Shown here: positions 9,609 through 17,540 of the stretch, in pieces
Layout of the letters: each line of letters starts with the position of its first letter
Position numbering within the stretch: the stretch's first letter is position 1
Origin: Gaiellales bacterium
Lineage (GTDB): Bacteria; Actinomycetota; Thermoleophilia; Gaiellales; JAICJC01
Assembly: GCA_036273515.1 (NCBI GenBank)
Contig: DASUHM010000049.1
Span: forward strand, 963-64,962
DNA: 64,000 bases
Direction of reading: 5' to 3'
Translations under genes and position numbers: made by a program
The notes under the pieces: generated by a model
The model's input: only the letters and a program-made list of their open reading frames with translations
What the model was told of the DNA's origin: nothing
The model's database searches: none

Positions 9609-10010
9609 CTAGAAGCGGCCCTTCGCGACCGCCGCGCCCGCGGCGGTGTGGACGCTCACGCCGGTGCCAGCGGTGACCTTCGGCACCGCCTGGCCGCGCT
9701 GCGTCGAGCGGTCGAGGCGGGCGTTTCCGAGCTGTCCGACGACCATCGTGCCGATCTGCCTGCCGCCGACGAAGACCGTCAGCCGCTTGCCGTGCAGGGA
9801 CTTGGCGTGCTCGATCTCGACCTCGAGCTCACGCTGCCCGGACTCGCGCTTGAAGGTCGCCTTGCCGCTCACACCCGGGAAGGCCTTCGTCCCGGTCAGC
9901 TTCGCGGTGAGCTTGGTGCCGCCGCCCTGGGCCTCGGCCGCGGGCGTCAGGGCCGCCGCCAGCGCGGCGACCAGGGTAAGCGCGACGAGCGCGCGGGAGA
10001 GCCGTGTCAT
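9609..10010 (-). CDS. Secreted hypothetical protein
   Basis: Clear signal peptide (MTRLSRALVALTLVAALAAALTPAAEA), then a beta-rich body. Its start overlaps the upstream stop by 1 nt (TGATG). Confidence 0.6.
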   Translation of the reverse strand: MTRLSRALVALTLVAALAAALTPAAEAQGGGTKLTAKLTGTKAFPGVSGKATFKRESGQRELEVEIEHAKSLHGKRLTVFVGGRQIGTMVVGQLGNARLDRSTQRGQAVPKVTAGTGVSVHTAAGAAVAKGRF

Positions 10011-10411
10011 CAGTCGTCACCTCCATCGTGACCCGAGCCGTCGTGGCCGGAGTCGTCATTGCCGGGGCCGGAGTTGGAGCCGCCCCGATGGTCACCGCGG
10101 TCGTCGCCGCGGTCGTGCCGGCGCTGGTCGCCGCGATCCTCACGGCGGTTCTGGCCACGGTCGTCGCCGGGCTCGCGCTCCTGGCCGCGGACGTCCTCGC
10201 CGGGCTCGTTGGCCCGGCCGCGGCGGTCGCCGGGCTCGACGTGGCGGCCGTGGTGGTGCGCCCCGACGACCGCCGGCCTGACCGACTGGTGCACGGCCTC
10301 CGGGGCGGACGTCGCGGCGGTGGCCGCCGAGGCGATCAGCGCCGCCGCCGCGGCGGCGGCGGGCAGGCCGGCCGCGAGGGCGATCCGGCGTGTACGGGTG
10401 TTCCTGGCCAT
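10010..10411 (-). CDS. Signal-bearing His/Arg/Asp/Gly-rich low-complexity protein
   Basis: RR-containing signal-like N-terminus, HHHGRH block, DRGD repeats, C-terminal SGHDGSGHDGGDD. Confidence 0.5.
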   Translation of the reverse strand: MARNTRTRRIALAAGLPAAAAAAALIASAATAATSAPEAVHQSVRPAVVGAHHHGRHVEPGDRRGRANEPGEDVRGQEREPGDDRGQNRREDRGDQRRHDRGDDRGDHRGGSNSGPGNDDSGHDGSGHDGGDD

Positions 10412-10525
10412 GTGGCGTCTCCTTCGAATGTCGGTTGCCAGTGGACTGGACTCACCGTAGGAGAGGCCGGGTTAGGCCCGGGCTATGGCACGGAACGGGA
10501 TGGTTAAGCGGTTGGTAACGGCGAA

Positions 10526-10909
10526 CTAACTGTCGCCGCCGCCGTCGTCACTGCCGTGGCCGCCTCCGCCGGAGGTGCTTCCGGAGCCGCCGCTCGAGCC
10601 GCTGCCGGAGCTGCCCGATCCGCCCGGAGATCGCCCGCTGGTGGAGCCGCCGCGGTCGTCCGTCCCGAAGGTCGTCACCACGCCCGTGGAGCCACCGGAA
10701 TCGCGGTGCCTCCGGTGGTGGTGCTCGGTCTCGCTCGTCGTCGGCGGCACGGTGGTGATCGGCTGGACGTTCGGCCCGAACTGCGGGGTGACGCCGCCGG
10801 GCGTGTCGCCGATCGCCTGGTCGGAGGCGTAGAAGACGGCCACGGCCATGCCCGCCGGGAGAGCGATCGCGGCGAAGACGAGGAGGACGGTGGTGGCTCG
10901 CGCGCGCAT
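10526..10909 (-). CDS. Membrane-anchored His/Gly/Ser-rich low-complexity protein
   Basis: Start taken at the internal ATG (MRARATTVLLVFAAIALPAG, a TM/signal segment). HHHRRH block, GS-rich tail ending HGSDDGGGDS. Lies directly downstream of the histidine kinase. Confidence 0.5.
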   Translation of the reverse strand: MRARATTVLLVFAAIALPAGMAVAVFYASDQAIGDTPGGVTPQFGPNVQPITTVPPTTSETEHHHRRHRDSGGSTGVVTTFGTDDRGGSTSGRSPGGSGSSGSGSSGGSGSTSGGGGHGSDDGGGDS

Positions 10910-10955
10910 GACCCCAGGATAGGTAGGGGCCCGGAAGCGGCGGGTTCGGGGGAGG

Positions 10956-12344
10956 TTAGGGCTTGGCAACGTCGCCCTCCTGCGCGGGCGGGAAGCGCAC
11001 CGCGATGCAGGTGCCGGAGCCCCCCGGCTCGAGCTCCGCGGCGCCGCCCCAGCGGGCCGCCAGGTCGCGCACGATGGCCAGGCCCAGCCCGGTGCCGGGC
11101 GTCTCCCTGCCCGCGCTGCCCCGGTAGAAGCGGTCGAACACGCGCGCCGCCTCGGCCGGGCCGATGCCCGGGCCGTCGTCCCGCACGCGCACGACGCCTT
11201 CGGCGGCCACCGAGACGGCGACGGCGCCGCCGTCTGGGCCGTAGGCGATCGCGTTCTCGATCAGGTTGTCGAGCACGCCGGCGACGTCGCCCGCGTCGGC
11301 GGCGATCGCGACCGGGCCGGCCGGCTCCTCCAGGGTGACCGTGCCGGCGTGCTCTGCGGCGACGGGCCGCCAGCGGTCGGCGGCCGCCCGCGCCTCCTGG
11401 CGCAGGTCGCAGGCCGCCGCGGCCGGGGGCGGAACGCCGGCGCGGGCGAGCACGAGCAGATCGGAGACGAGCTCGGACAGGCGGTCGACCTCGCGCAGCC
11501 CGGCCTGGGCGTCGGCGCTCTCCGGCCCGGTCGAGAGCGATTCCAGCCGCAGTCGCAGGCCGGTCAGCGGCGTTCGCAGCTGGTGCGAGGCGTTGGCGAC
11601 GAACTCGCGCTGCGACTCGATCAGCCCCACCAGCTCGTCCGCCATCCTGTTGAGCGCACGGGCCACGTCGGCGACGTCGGTCGGGCCGGTCTCCGGCGCC
11701 CGCGCGTCCAGGTCGCCGCGGCCGAGCCGCCCGGCCGTCGCCTCGACCGCCTGGATGGGGCGGGCCAGCGAGCTCGCGAGCACCCACGCGACGGCCATCC
11801 CGACCACGCCGACGACCGCCGCGACGACGGCGATCGCGATCCAGCTCCGGTGCACGCGCGCGGCGACCGCCGCGATCGGCTGCGAGAGCCGCACCGCGCC
11901 GACGATCCGGCCCTGGTCGAGGACGGGGTAGGCGACGACGAGCAGGTCGCCGCCGAGGTCCGAGCTGTGCCGGATGATGCGGATGCCGCGGCCGGAGAGG
12001 GCCGTTGAGATCTCGGGACGGCCCGCCGTCGCGAAGCCGACCCGGGCCGGGTTCGGGCGCGTCGAGTCGGCCAGCAGCAGGCCGCGGCCGTTCGTGACGA
12101 CGACGCGGGCGTCGGTCTCGCGGCCGTACCGGGCGACCGCCCGGCGCACGCCGGTCAGCGTGCCGCCGGGGGCGGGGGAGCCGCCGAGCGAGGCGGCGAT
12201 CACCTGCGTCTGCGAGTCGATCCCGGCGTAGAAGGCGTCCTTCGCCCGCCGGTCGACGTTCACGGCCAGCGGCACCGCCAGCGCGACCACCGTGAGCACG
12301 AGCAGGTATGCGAACGCCGCCAGCAGGCGGCCGCGCAGCGTCAC
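10956..12344 (-). CDS. Sensor histidine kinase (two TM helices, HAMP, HisKA, HATPase_c)
   Basis: Two TM helices flank a roughly 140-aa extracytoplasmic loop. H-box ASHQLRTPL. N and G boxes (NLIENAIAY, GTGLGLAIV). Confidence 0.9.
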   Translation of the reverse strand: MTLRGRLLAAFAYLLVLTVVALAVPLAVNVDRRAKDAFYAGIDSQTQVIAASLGGSPAPGGTLTGVRRAVARYGRETDARVVVTNGRGLLLADSTRPNPARVGFATAGRPEISTALSGRGIRIIRHSSDLGGDLLVVAYPVLDQGRIVGAVRLSQPIAAVAARVHRSWIAIAVVAAVVGVVGMAVAWVLASSLARPIQAVEATAGRLGRGDLDARAPETGPTDVADVARALNRMADELVGLIESQREFVANASHQLRTPLTGLRLRLESLSTGPESADAQAGLREVDRLSELVSDLLVLARAGVPPPAAAACDLRQEARAAADRWRPVAAEHAGTVTLEEPAGPVAIAADAGDVAGVLDNLIENAIAYGPDGGAVAVSVAAEGVVRVRDDGPGIGPAEAARVFDRFYRGSAGRETPGTGLGLAIVRDLAARWGGAAELEPGGSGTCIAVRFPPAQEGDVAKP

Positions 12345-13084
12345 CCGGCGAGCTCCGCGGGGGAGGCGAACCGGAAGCCGACGCCGCGCACGGTGTGGAT
12401 GTAGCGGGGCTCGTGGGCGTCATCGCCGAGCCGGCGGCGCAGGCCGGCAATGTGCACGTCGAGCGTCTTCGTCGACCCGAACCAGTCGACGCCCCACACG
12501 TCGTCCATCAGCTTGTTGCGCGCGAGCACGGTGCCGGCGTGGGCCATCAGCATGTGCAGCAGGTCGAACTCGCGCCGGGGCAGGTCGAGGGTCGAGCCGG
12601 CGTGGGTGGCGACATGGGTGGCCGGGTCGATCGAGACGTCGCCGATCTCGATTGCGGTGGGGGTGGCGGCGGCGGCCGGCGCGGCGCGCTCTCCGGTGCG
12701 GCGCAGCACGGCGCGGATGCGGGCGATCAGCTCGGCCATGCTGAACGGCTTGACGAGGTAGTCGTCGGCGCCGAGCTCGAGGCCGACGACGCGGTCGGTC
12801 TCGAGGCCGCGGGCTGTGAGCATGATGATCGGCACGTCCGAGGTCTGGCGGATCGCCCGGCATACGTCGCGGCCGTCGAGATCGGGCAGGTTCAGGTCGA
12901 GCAGGACGATGTCGGGCTCGCCCCGCCGCACCGACTCGAGCCCGCCGTTCCCGGTCGGCTCGACCGAGACGGCGTAGCCCTCGCGCTCGAGCGCCGAGCG
13001 GAGCGGATCCGAGATGGACGCCTCGTCCTCGATGACCGTCACATGGCCGCGAGTCGCCGCCGGTCGCTGCCCGCCTGCCTCCAT
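12341..13084 (-). CDS. OmpR/PhoB-family response regulator
   Basis: Receiver domain (IVLLDLNLPDLDG, ADDYLVKPF) plus winged-helix output (TVRGVGFRF). 4-nt overlap with the kinase. Start at ATG 13084. Confidence 0.9.
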   Translation of the reverse strand: MEAGGQRPAATRGHVTVIEDEASISDPLRSALEREGYAVSVEPTGNGGLESVRRGEPDIVLLDLNLPDLDGRDVCRAIRQTSDVPIIMLTARGLETDRVVGLELGADDYLVKPFSMAELIARIRAVLRRTGERAAPAAAATPTAIEIGDVSIDPATHVATHAGSTLDLPRREFDLLHMLMAHAGTVLARNKLMDDVWGVDWFGSTKTLDVHIAGLRRRLGDDAHEPRYIHTVRGVGFRFASPAELAG

Positions 13085-13133
13085 GCGGGCGAAGTCTAGG
13101 TGGGGCGTTCCGGAAGCGCTGTGGCCGCGGAAA

Positions 13134-13200
13134 CCGGGGTCTGACCCCGAACGGAACTGCAACGGAAGCGTCACGGCCGCCGTTCGGGGTCTGACCCCGG
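13134..13200. repeat. Inverted repeat: two 21-nt arms built on GGGGTCTGACCCCGAACGG, 25-nt spacer
   Basis: Arm 13134-13154 is CCGGGGTCTGACCCCGAACGG. Arm 13180-13200 is CCGTTCGGGGTCTGACCCCGG. They are complementary except at the central base. The same core recurs at 46282 and 58204. Confidence 0.8.
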
Positions 13201-13523
13201 TATGCAGTCAGCGGCGCCGAATACCGCGCTGGCATAACGATCCATGACCAAGAACTTCCGAGAGCAGCGTGACCGGTATCTGTCGACACTGCGAAGCCAT
13301 GTCGCTGCGCTGGATGGCGAGCTCGAGGTCGTCGCGGGTGTTCGGCGACGACGAGATTCGGATCCGCCTGGGCGAGCTCGAACCCGAACCCGAGCCCGCC
13401 TGACACCCAAACGCGGGAGATACCCGGGCCGATCAGGGCGATGCCGGTAGCGAGCGATCGCCGGTCCGGGGGAGTTCGTACCGCCGACGGAATTACCGCA
13501 ACCTGACGATTCGACTCACGGAA

Positions 13524-13576
13524 ATGCAACAGTTGCCGTTGCATATCTTCACGTTGGCGATCTCGTCGTATACGTT
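13524..13576 (+). promoter_or_regulatory. Candidate operator (ATGCAAC-N7-GTTGCAT) plus candidate promoter TTCACG-17-TACGTT upstream of the Tad-linked TCS
   Basis: Perfect 7-bp inverted repeat at 13524-13544. -35-like hexamer at 13548-13553 and -10-like TANNNT at 13571-13576, in an AT-richer stretch about 110 nt before the regulator's start codon. Confidence 0.3.
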
Positions 13577-13686
13577 GAGAGCGCATCTCCGAGGCGGCCC
13601 GGAGAGCACGACATCGCAATCGGTGCCACGCCGCCCGTACGTCCCCATCCGGCGTGGCCCACGACCCCGAAAGAGGCCCGCTTCAG

Positions 13687-14394
13687 ATGGCAGGATCCAC
13701 CGTGCTCGTCGTCGACGATGAACCCCGCATCGTCGAGTTCCTCACCGAGAACCTCCGCGACGACGACTTCACCGTTCTCACCGCCGCGACCGGCGCAGAG
13801 GCGATCGAGCTTCTCGGTCGCGCCCGTCCCGACCTCGTGCTTCTCGACGTCGTGCTCCCCGACATGAGCGGCTACGAGATCTGCCGCACCGTGCGTGCCG
13901 GCGACGGGATCAACGACCCCTGGGATCCCGATCTCCCGATCATCATGCTGAGCGCGAAGGCCGAGCATGTCGACCGCGTCCGCGGCCTGGTGCGCGGGGC
14001 GGATGACTACGTCACGAAGCCTTTCCACTATCCGGAGCTGCTCGCTCGGATCGGCGCGATTCTCGCGCGGGTGTCCCGCTCGCGCGACCGTGAGGTCATC
14101 CGCCACGGCGACCTGTCCGTGAACACGCTCTCGCGCGAGGTCACGGTCGGCGGCATCAAGGTCGACCTCTCGGCCAAGGAGTACCAGCTCCTGACGACGC
14201 TCGCCTCCGAGCCCGGCCGGGTCTTCACGAAGGCCGAGCTGCTCGAGTCGGTGTGGGGGTTCCGGTCGCAGGGACGCACGCGCACGCTCGACTCGCACGC
14301 GAGCCGGCTGCGCCAGAAGCTCCGCGTCCACTCGGGCTCCGGCTGGCTCGCCAACGAGTGGGGCGTCGGCTACCGCCTGTGCAGGCCGGAGTGA
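13687..14394 (+). CDS. OmpR/PhoB-family response regulator (first gene of the Tad operon)
   Basis: Receiver domain (VLVVDDEPRI, LVLLDVVLPDMSG, ADDYVTKPF) and winged helix (LSAKEYQLL...GVGYRL). Confidence 0.9.
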   Translation: MAGSTVLVVDDEPRIVEFLTENLRDDDFTVLTAATGAEAIELLGRARPDLVLLDVVLPDMSGYEICRTVRAGDGINDPWDPDLPIIMLSAKAEHVDRVRGLVRGADDYVTKPFHYPELLARIGAILARVSRSRDREVIRHGDLSVNTLSREVTVGGIKVDLSAKEYQLLTTLASEPGRVFTKAELLESVWGFRSQGRTRTLDSHASRLRQKLRVHSGSGWLANEWGVGYRLCRPE

Positions 14395-15161
14395 TCCGCG
14401 TCCCGCTGCGCCGGCGCCGGACAGGCGTCGACGGCCGTCTCCACGCCTCGGTCGAGGAGCTCGCGACCCTGCTCGCCCGCGAGGAGCGGGCCCGTGCCGA
14501 GTTCATCGGCAAGGTCTCGCACGAGCTGCGCACGCCGCTCACGGTGATCAAGGGCTACGTCTATACGCTCCACCGATCGGAGCACGACCCGGGCAAGGCC
14601 GCCAAGCTCGACGTCATCGACGGCGAGTGCGAGCGGCTCGGCTATCTGATCGAAGACCTGCTCGAGCTCTCGCGCGCACGCGCGGGCGAGCTGCGCGTGA
14701 ACGACGAGGTCTTCCCGCTCGAGCCGTGCGTGAGCGAGGTCGCCGAGCGGCTCCAGACCGTCGCCGAGCAGGGTGGCGTGCGCGTGCGGCTGGACTGGAC
14801 GTGCAACGGCGGGCTCGTGCGCGGCGACCAGAACCGCGTCCGCCAGATCTTCGCCAACCTGATCACGAACGGCATCAAATACGCCCCGCCGGGCACGGAC
14901 GTAACCGTTCGGGGCCGCCGCGTCGAAGACGGGCTCGAGGTGGCGGTGGAGGACGCGGGCCGCGGCATCGCCGAGGCCGATCTGCCGTTCATCTTCGACG
15001 AGTTCTTCCAGGCGCGGCGGCCGGAGCCCGGTGCCGGGCTCGGCCTCGCCGTCGCCCGGGAGCTCACCGAGGCCCACGGCGGCTCGATCGCCGTGACCAG
15101 CGCCGTCGGGAGCGGCTCGCGCTTCGTCGTGACCCTTCCCTGTCTGGGCGATCACGCATGA
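14391..15161 (+). CDS. Cytoplasmic histidine kinase with no sensor or TM region (HisKA + HATPase_c only)
   Basis: GTG at 14391 overlaps the regulator's TGA. H-box VSHELRTPL begins about 45 aa from the start. N box NLITNGIKY, G box GAGLGLAVA. Confidence 0.85.
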   Translation: MIRVPLRRRRTGVDGRLHASVEELATLLAREERARAEFIGKVSHELRTPLTVIKGYVYTLHRSEHDPGKAAKLDVIDGECERLGYLIEDLLELSRARAGELRVNDEVFPLEPCVSEVAERLQTVAEQGGVRVRLDWTCNGGLVRGDQNRVRQIFANLITNGIKYAPPGTDVTVRGRRVEDGLEVAVEDAGRGIAEADLPFIFDEFFQARRPEPGAGLGLAVARELTEAHGGSIAVTSAVGSGSRFVVTLPCLGDHA

Positions 15162-15871
15162 CCGCGGATCCCGCCGGGATCCTGCGGCTGCTCGAGCCCC
15201 CCGCAGGGCCCGAGCCGGCGGCCGCCCGGCCGCTCCGGCTCATCTCGGCCCTCTCGGCCCATGGACGGGTCGCGAGGGCCGAGGGGCTCGCCGGCGCCGG
15301 CGCCGGCCACGAGCTACGCCTGCCCGGGATCGGCGGTCGCTACCTGGCCGGTCTCGCGACGCATGCGCACGAGCAGGGGTGGCACACGTCCGAGGTGGCG
15401 GCCCTGCTCGATGCCGTCGAGGACCGATCCTCGATGTGGATCGTGAGCCCGTCCGCCGCCTCGCTGTGCCGCGCCGGCCTGGCCGAGACGGGCGGAAGCC
15501 GGAAGGCGTGCGCGCGCTGGTCGGCCGGTCGCTGGATGCAGGTGCCGGTGGATCCGGATTCCCTCACGCGCGTGGCGGCCGCCGGGCGGGCCCGTGCGGT
15601 CTGCATCGCCGCGGTGTCGGGCACCGGCGCTCCGCGCAAGCTGGTCGCCGCCGTGGGTGCCGAGGGCGTCGAGCTGGGATGGCTCGACGGCGGCCTCGCG
15701 ACATCGCTCCGTGTGGCGTGGACGGTGGAGCTGCTCGTCGCGCCCGCCGTCCCGGCCGGGTCGCTGATGGCGCTCCGCGAGCGGATCGCCGCGGCGCCGC
15801 GCTGCAGCTGGTGCGGCGTCCCGACGCTGGGCACGGACTGCCCCCGCTGCTTGCCGGGAGCGCGGGCGTGA
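15158..15871 (+). CDS. Hypothetical protein with C-terminal CxxC...CxxC zinc ribbon
   Basis: ATGA overlap with the kinase. 237 aa ending CSWCGVPTLGTDCPRC. No other recognised domain. Confidence 0.6.
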   Translation: MTADPAGILRLLEPPAGPEPAAARPLRLISALSAHGRVARAEGLAGAGAGHELRLPGIGGRYLAGLATHAHEQGWHTSEVAALLDAVEDRSSMWIVSPSAASLCRAGLAETGGSRKACARWSAGRWMQVPVDPDSLTRVAAAGRARAVCIAAVSGTGAPRKLVAAVGAEGVELGWLDGGLATSLRVAWTVELLVAPAVPAGSLMALRERIAAAPRCSWCGVPTLGTDCPRCLPGARA

Positions 15872-16464
15872 GCCGTCACCGCCGTCGCAGTCTCGTCCTC
15901 GCGCTTGTGGGCGTCGTGCTTGCGGTGCTCGGGCTCTCCCGGCTCGGCGCCGGCGCAGACGGACGCGGGCCGACGGGCCGGCGCGTCATTCGCGTCGTCG
16001 CCCTCCGGCCGGTTGCACAGGGCGCCCGGATCGCGGCGGCGGATCTCGGCACCGTGCGGCTTCCGGCGGCGTGGGCGTCGCCGCACCAGCTGGCCGATCC
16101 AGCCGACGCGGTCGGCCGGCGCGCCGCCGTCGCGCTCGTCGCCGGCGCGCCGGTGATGGACGCGGAGGTGTCGGCATCGACGGCGCCCGAAGACGCGCGC
16201 GAGCTGGCACTCCGGCTCGACGAGGCCGCCGGAGTCCCGGCGGGAGATCTCGCGGACGTTCGCGGCGACGTCTACCTCACGACTCCCGGGCGGCGAGGCC
16301 GCACGCGGCTCGTGCTCGCGAACGTGCTCGTGGTGTCGGCGCGGCGCGACGACTCCGGCTCGGTCGCCACGCTCCTCTTGCCGCCAGCGGCCGTGCCGCA
16401 TGCGATCGCGGCGGAGGGCGAGGGCTCCCTGCGGCTGGTGGTGCGCGGAGACGGGGCCGAATGA
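15868..16464 (+). CDS. cpaB: Flp pilus assembly protein CpaB/RcpC
   Basis: GTGA overlap. N-terminal TM anchor, then SAF-like and RcpC-like regions. Position immediately before tadZ. Confidence 0.65.
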   Translation: MSRHRRRSLVLALVGVVLAVLGLSRLGAGADGRGPTGRRVIRVVALRPVAQGARIAAADLGTVRLPAAWASPHQLADPADAVGRRAAVALVAGAPVMDAEVSASTAPEDARELALRLDEAAGVPAGDLADVRGDVYLTTPGRRGRTRLVLANVLVVSARRDDSGSVATLLLPPAAVPHAIAAEGEGSLRLVVRGDGAE

Positions 16465-17540
16465 TCGCGCCGGTCGTCCGCTGCCTCGTCGTCGCCTCCG
16501 ACCCGCTTCTCGGAGCCGAGATGACGGCGCTCGCGGACGACCTGCCCGGCGTCCAGCTCGTCGGCGTGATCGCGCCGCTTCGCGCCGTCGCCGGTCGGCT
16601 GCCACCGTGCGACGTTGCCCTCCTCGCCGACCCGGGCGAGCGCGGTGCGCCTGCCCTGCGCCAGCTCGTCGCCGGGTGCGGCCGGCCCGCCGTCGTGCTG
16701 GCCCGGTCGGCCGGCGTCGACACCTACCGGCGCGCGCTCGCCGCCGGCGCCCGCGCCGTGCTGCCGCTCCCCGCCGTACCTGGGGCCCTCGGCGACGCGC
16801 TCGTCGAAGCGGCGGTCACGCCCGGTCGACCGCCGTCTCCGCCGAGCGGGCGCGTCACGGCGATCCTCGGCGCCAAGGGCGGCACGGGCGCAACCTCGAT
16901 CGCGCTCGCGCTCGCCCGTCTCTCCGGCGCGGCGCTCGTGGACATGTCCGGATCCTGGTCCGGCCTCGGCTCGCTGCTGGGCTGCCAGACCGAGCGCTCG
17001 CTGGCCGATCTCGCCCACGTCGGCGACGGGCTTGCCGCCGCGGTGGCAAGCGCCGCCGTCCAGCACCCGTGCGGGCTGCGGCTGGTGCCCGGCCCGGCCG
17101 GTCCCGAGATCGCCGCGGCGCTTCCCGGCGGGTTCGCCGCCGCGCTCGTGCGCGACCTGCGCGCCGGCGGCCCGGCGGTCGTCGACGCGGGCTGCGGCGC
17201 GTTCACGGCCTCCCGCGAAGCCGCCGTCGCCGCCGATCGCGCGCTCGTCGTCGTGACGCCGGACGCGCCGGCCGCGGTGGGCGGGCGCGAGCTCGTGACG
17301 ACGCTCGCCCGGGCCGGCGCCGCGGACGGCATCCGGGTGGTCGTGAACCGCTGGAGCCGCCGCTCCGAGCTCTCGCTGCGCGGCATCGCCCGGACGGTCG
17401 GCGTCCCCGTCGGCGCGGTCGTCCGCGCCGATGCCGAGTCGCTGGACGCCCTCGCGGACGGCCGCGCCCGGCTCGAGCGGTGGCCCGGCCGCAGGCACGC
17501 CGTGGCGCTGCGCGAGCTGGCCGCGGAGGTGTCGGCGTGA
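16461..17540 (+). CDS. tadZ: TadZ/CpaE ParA/MinD-like pilus localisation ATPase
   Basis: ATGA overlap. N-terminal receiver-like domain, then a deviant Walker A GAKGGTGATSIALALA. Confidence 0.75.
   Translation: MIAPVVRCLVVASDPLLGAEMTALADDLPGVQLVGVIAPLRAVAGRLPPCDVALLADPGERGAPALRQLVAGCGRPAVVLARSAGVDTYRRALAAGARAVLPLPAVPGALGDALVEAAVTPGRPPSPPSGRVTAILGAKGGTGATSIALALARLSGAALVDMSGSWSGLGSLLGCQTERSLADLAHVGDGLAAAVASAAVQHPCGLRLVPGPAGPEIAAALPGGFAAALVRDLRAGGPAVVDAGCGAFTASREAAVAADRALVVVTPDAPAAVGGRELVTTLARAGAADGIRVVVNRWSRRSELSLRGIARTVGVPVGAVVRADAESLDALADGRARLERWPGRRHAVALRELAAEVSA

Noticed and set aside
10540-10680. Short GC-rich periodic repeats, considered as a possible CRISPR array or tandem repeat.
   Set aside because: They are codon-level repeats encoding the Gly/Ser-rich tail of the 10526-10909 protein. 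There is no repeat-spacer structure.
13365-13400. tRNA-like TTCGA segment (reverse strand GGTTCGAGCTCGCCC).
   Set aside because: The flanks do not form a T-arm or any cloverleaf. No acceptor stem is found.
13244-13450. 68-aa ORF in the 600-bp inter-TCS region. It may be frameshifted, because a better-looking continuation FGDDEIRIRLGELEPEPEPA lies in the +1 frame.
   Set aside because: No RBS and no recognisable family. The second half is Arg-rich shadow sequence. It may be a decayed fragment, but I cannot support a gene call.
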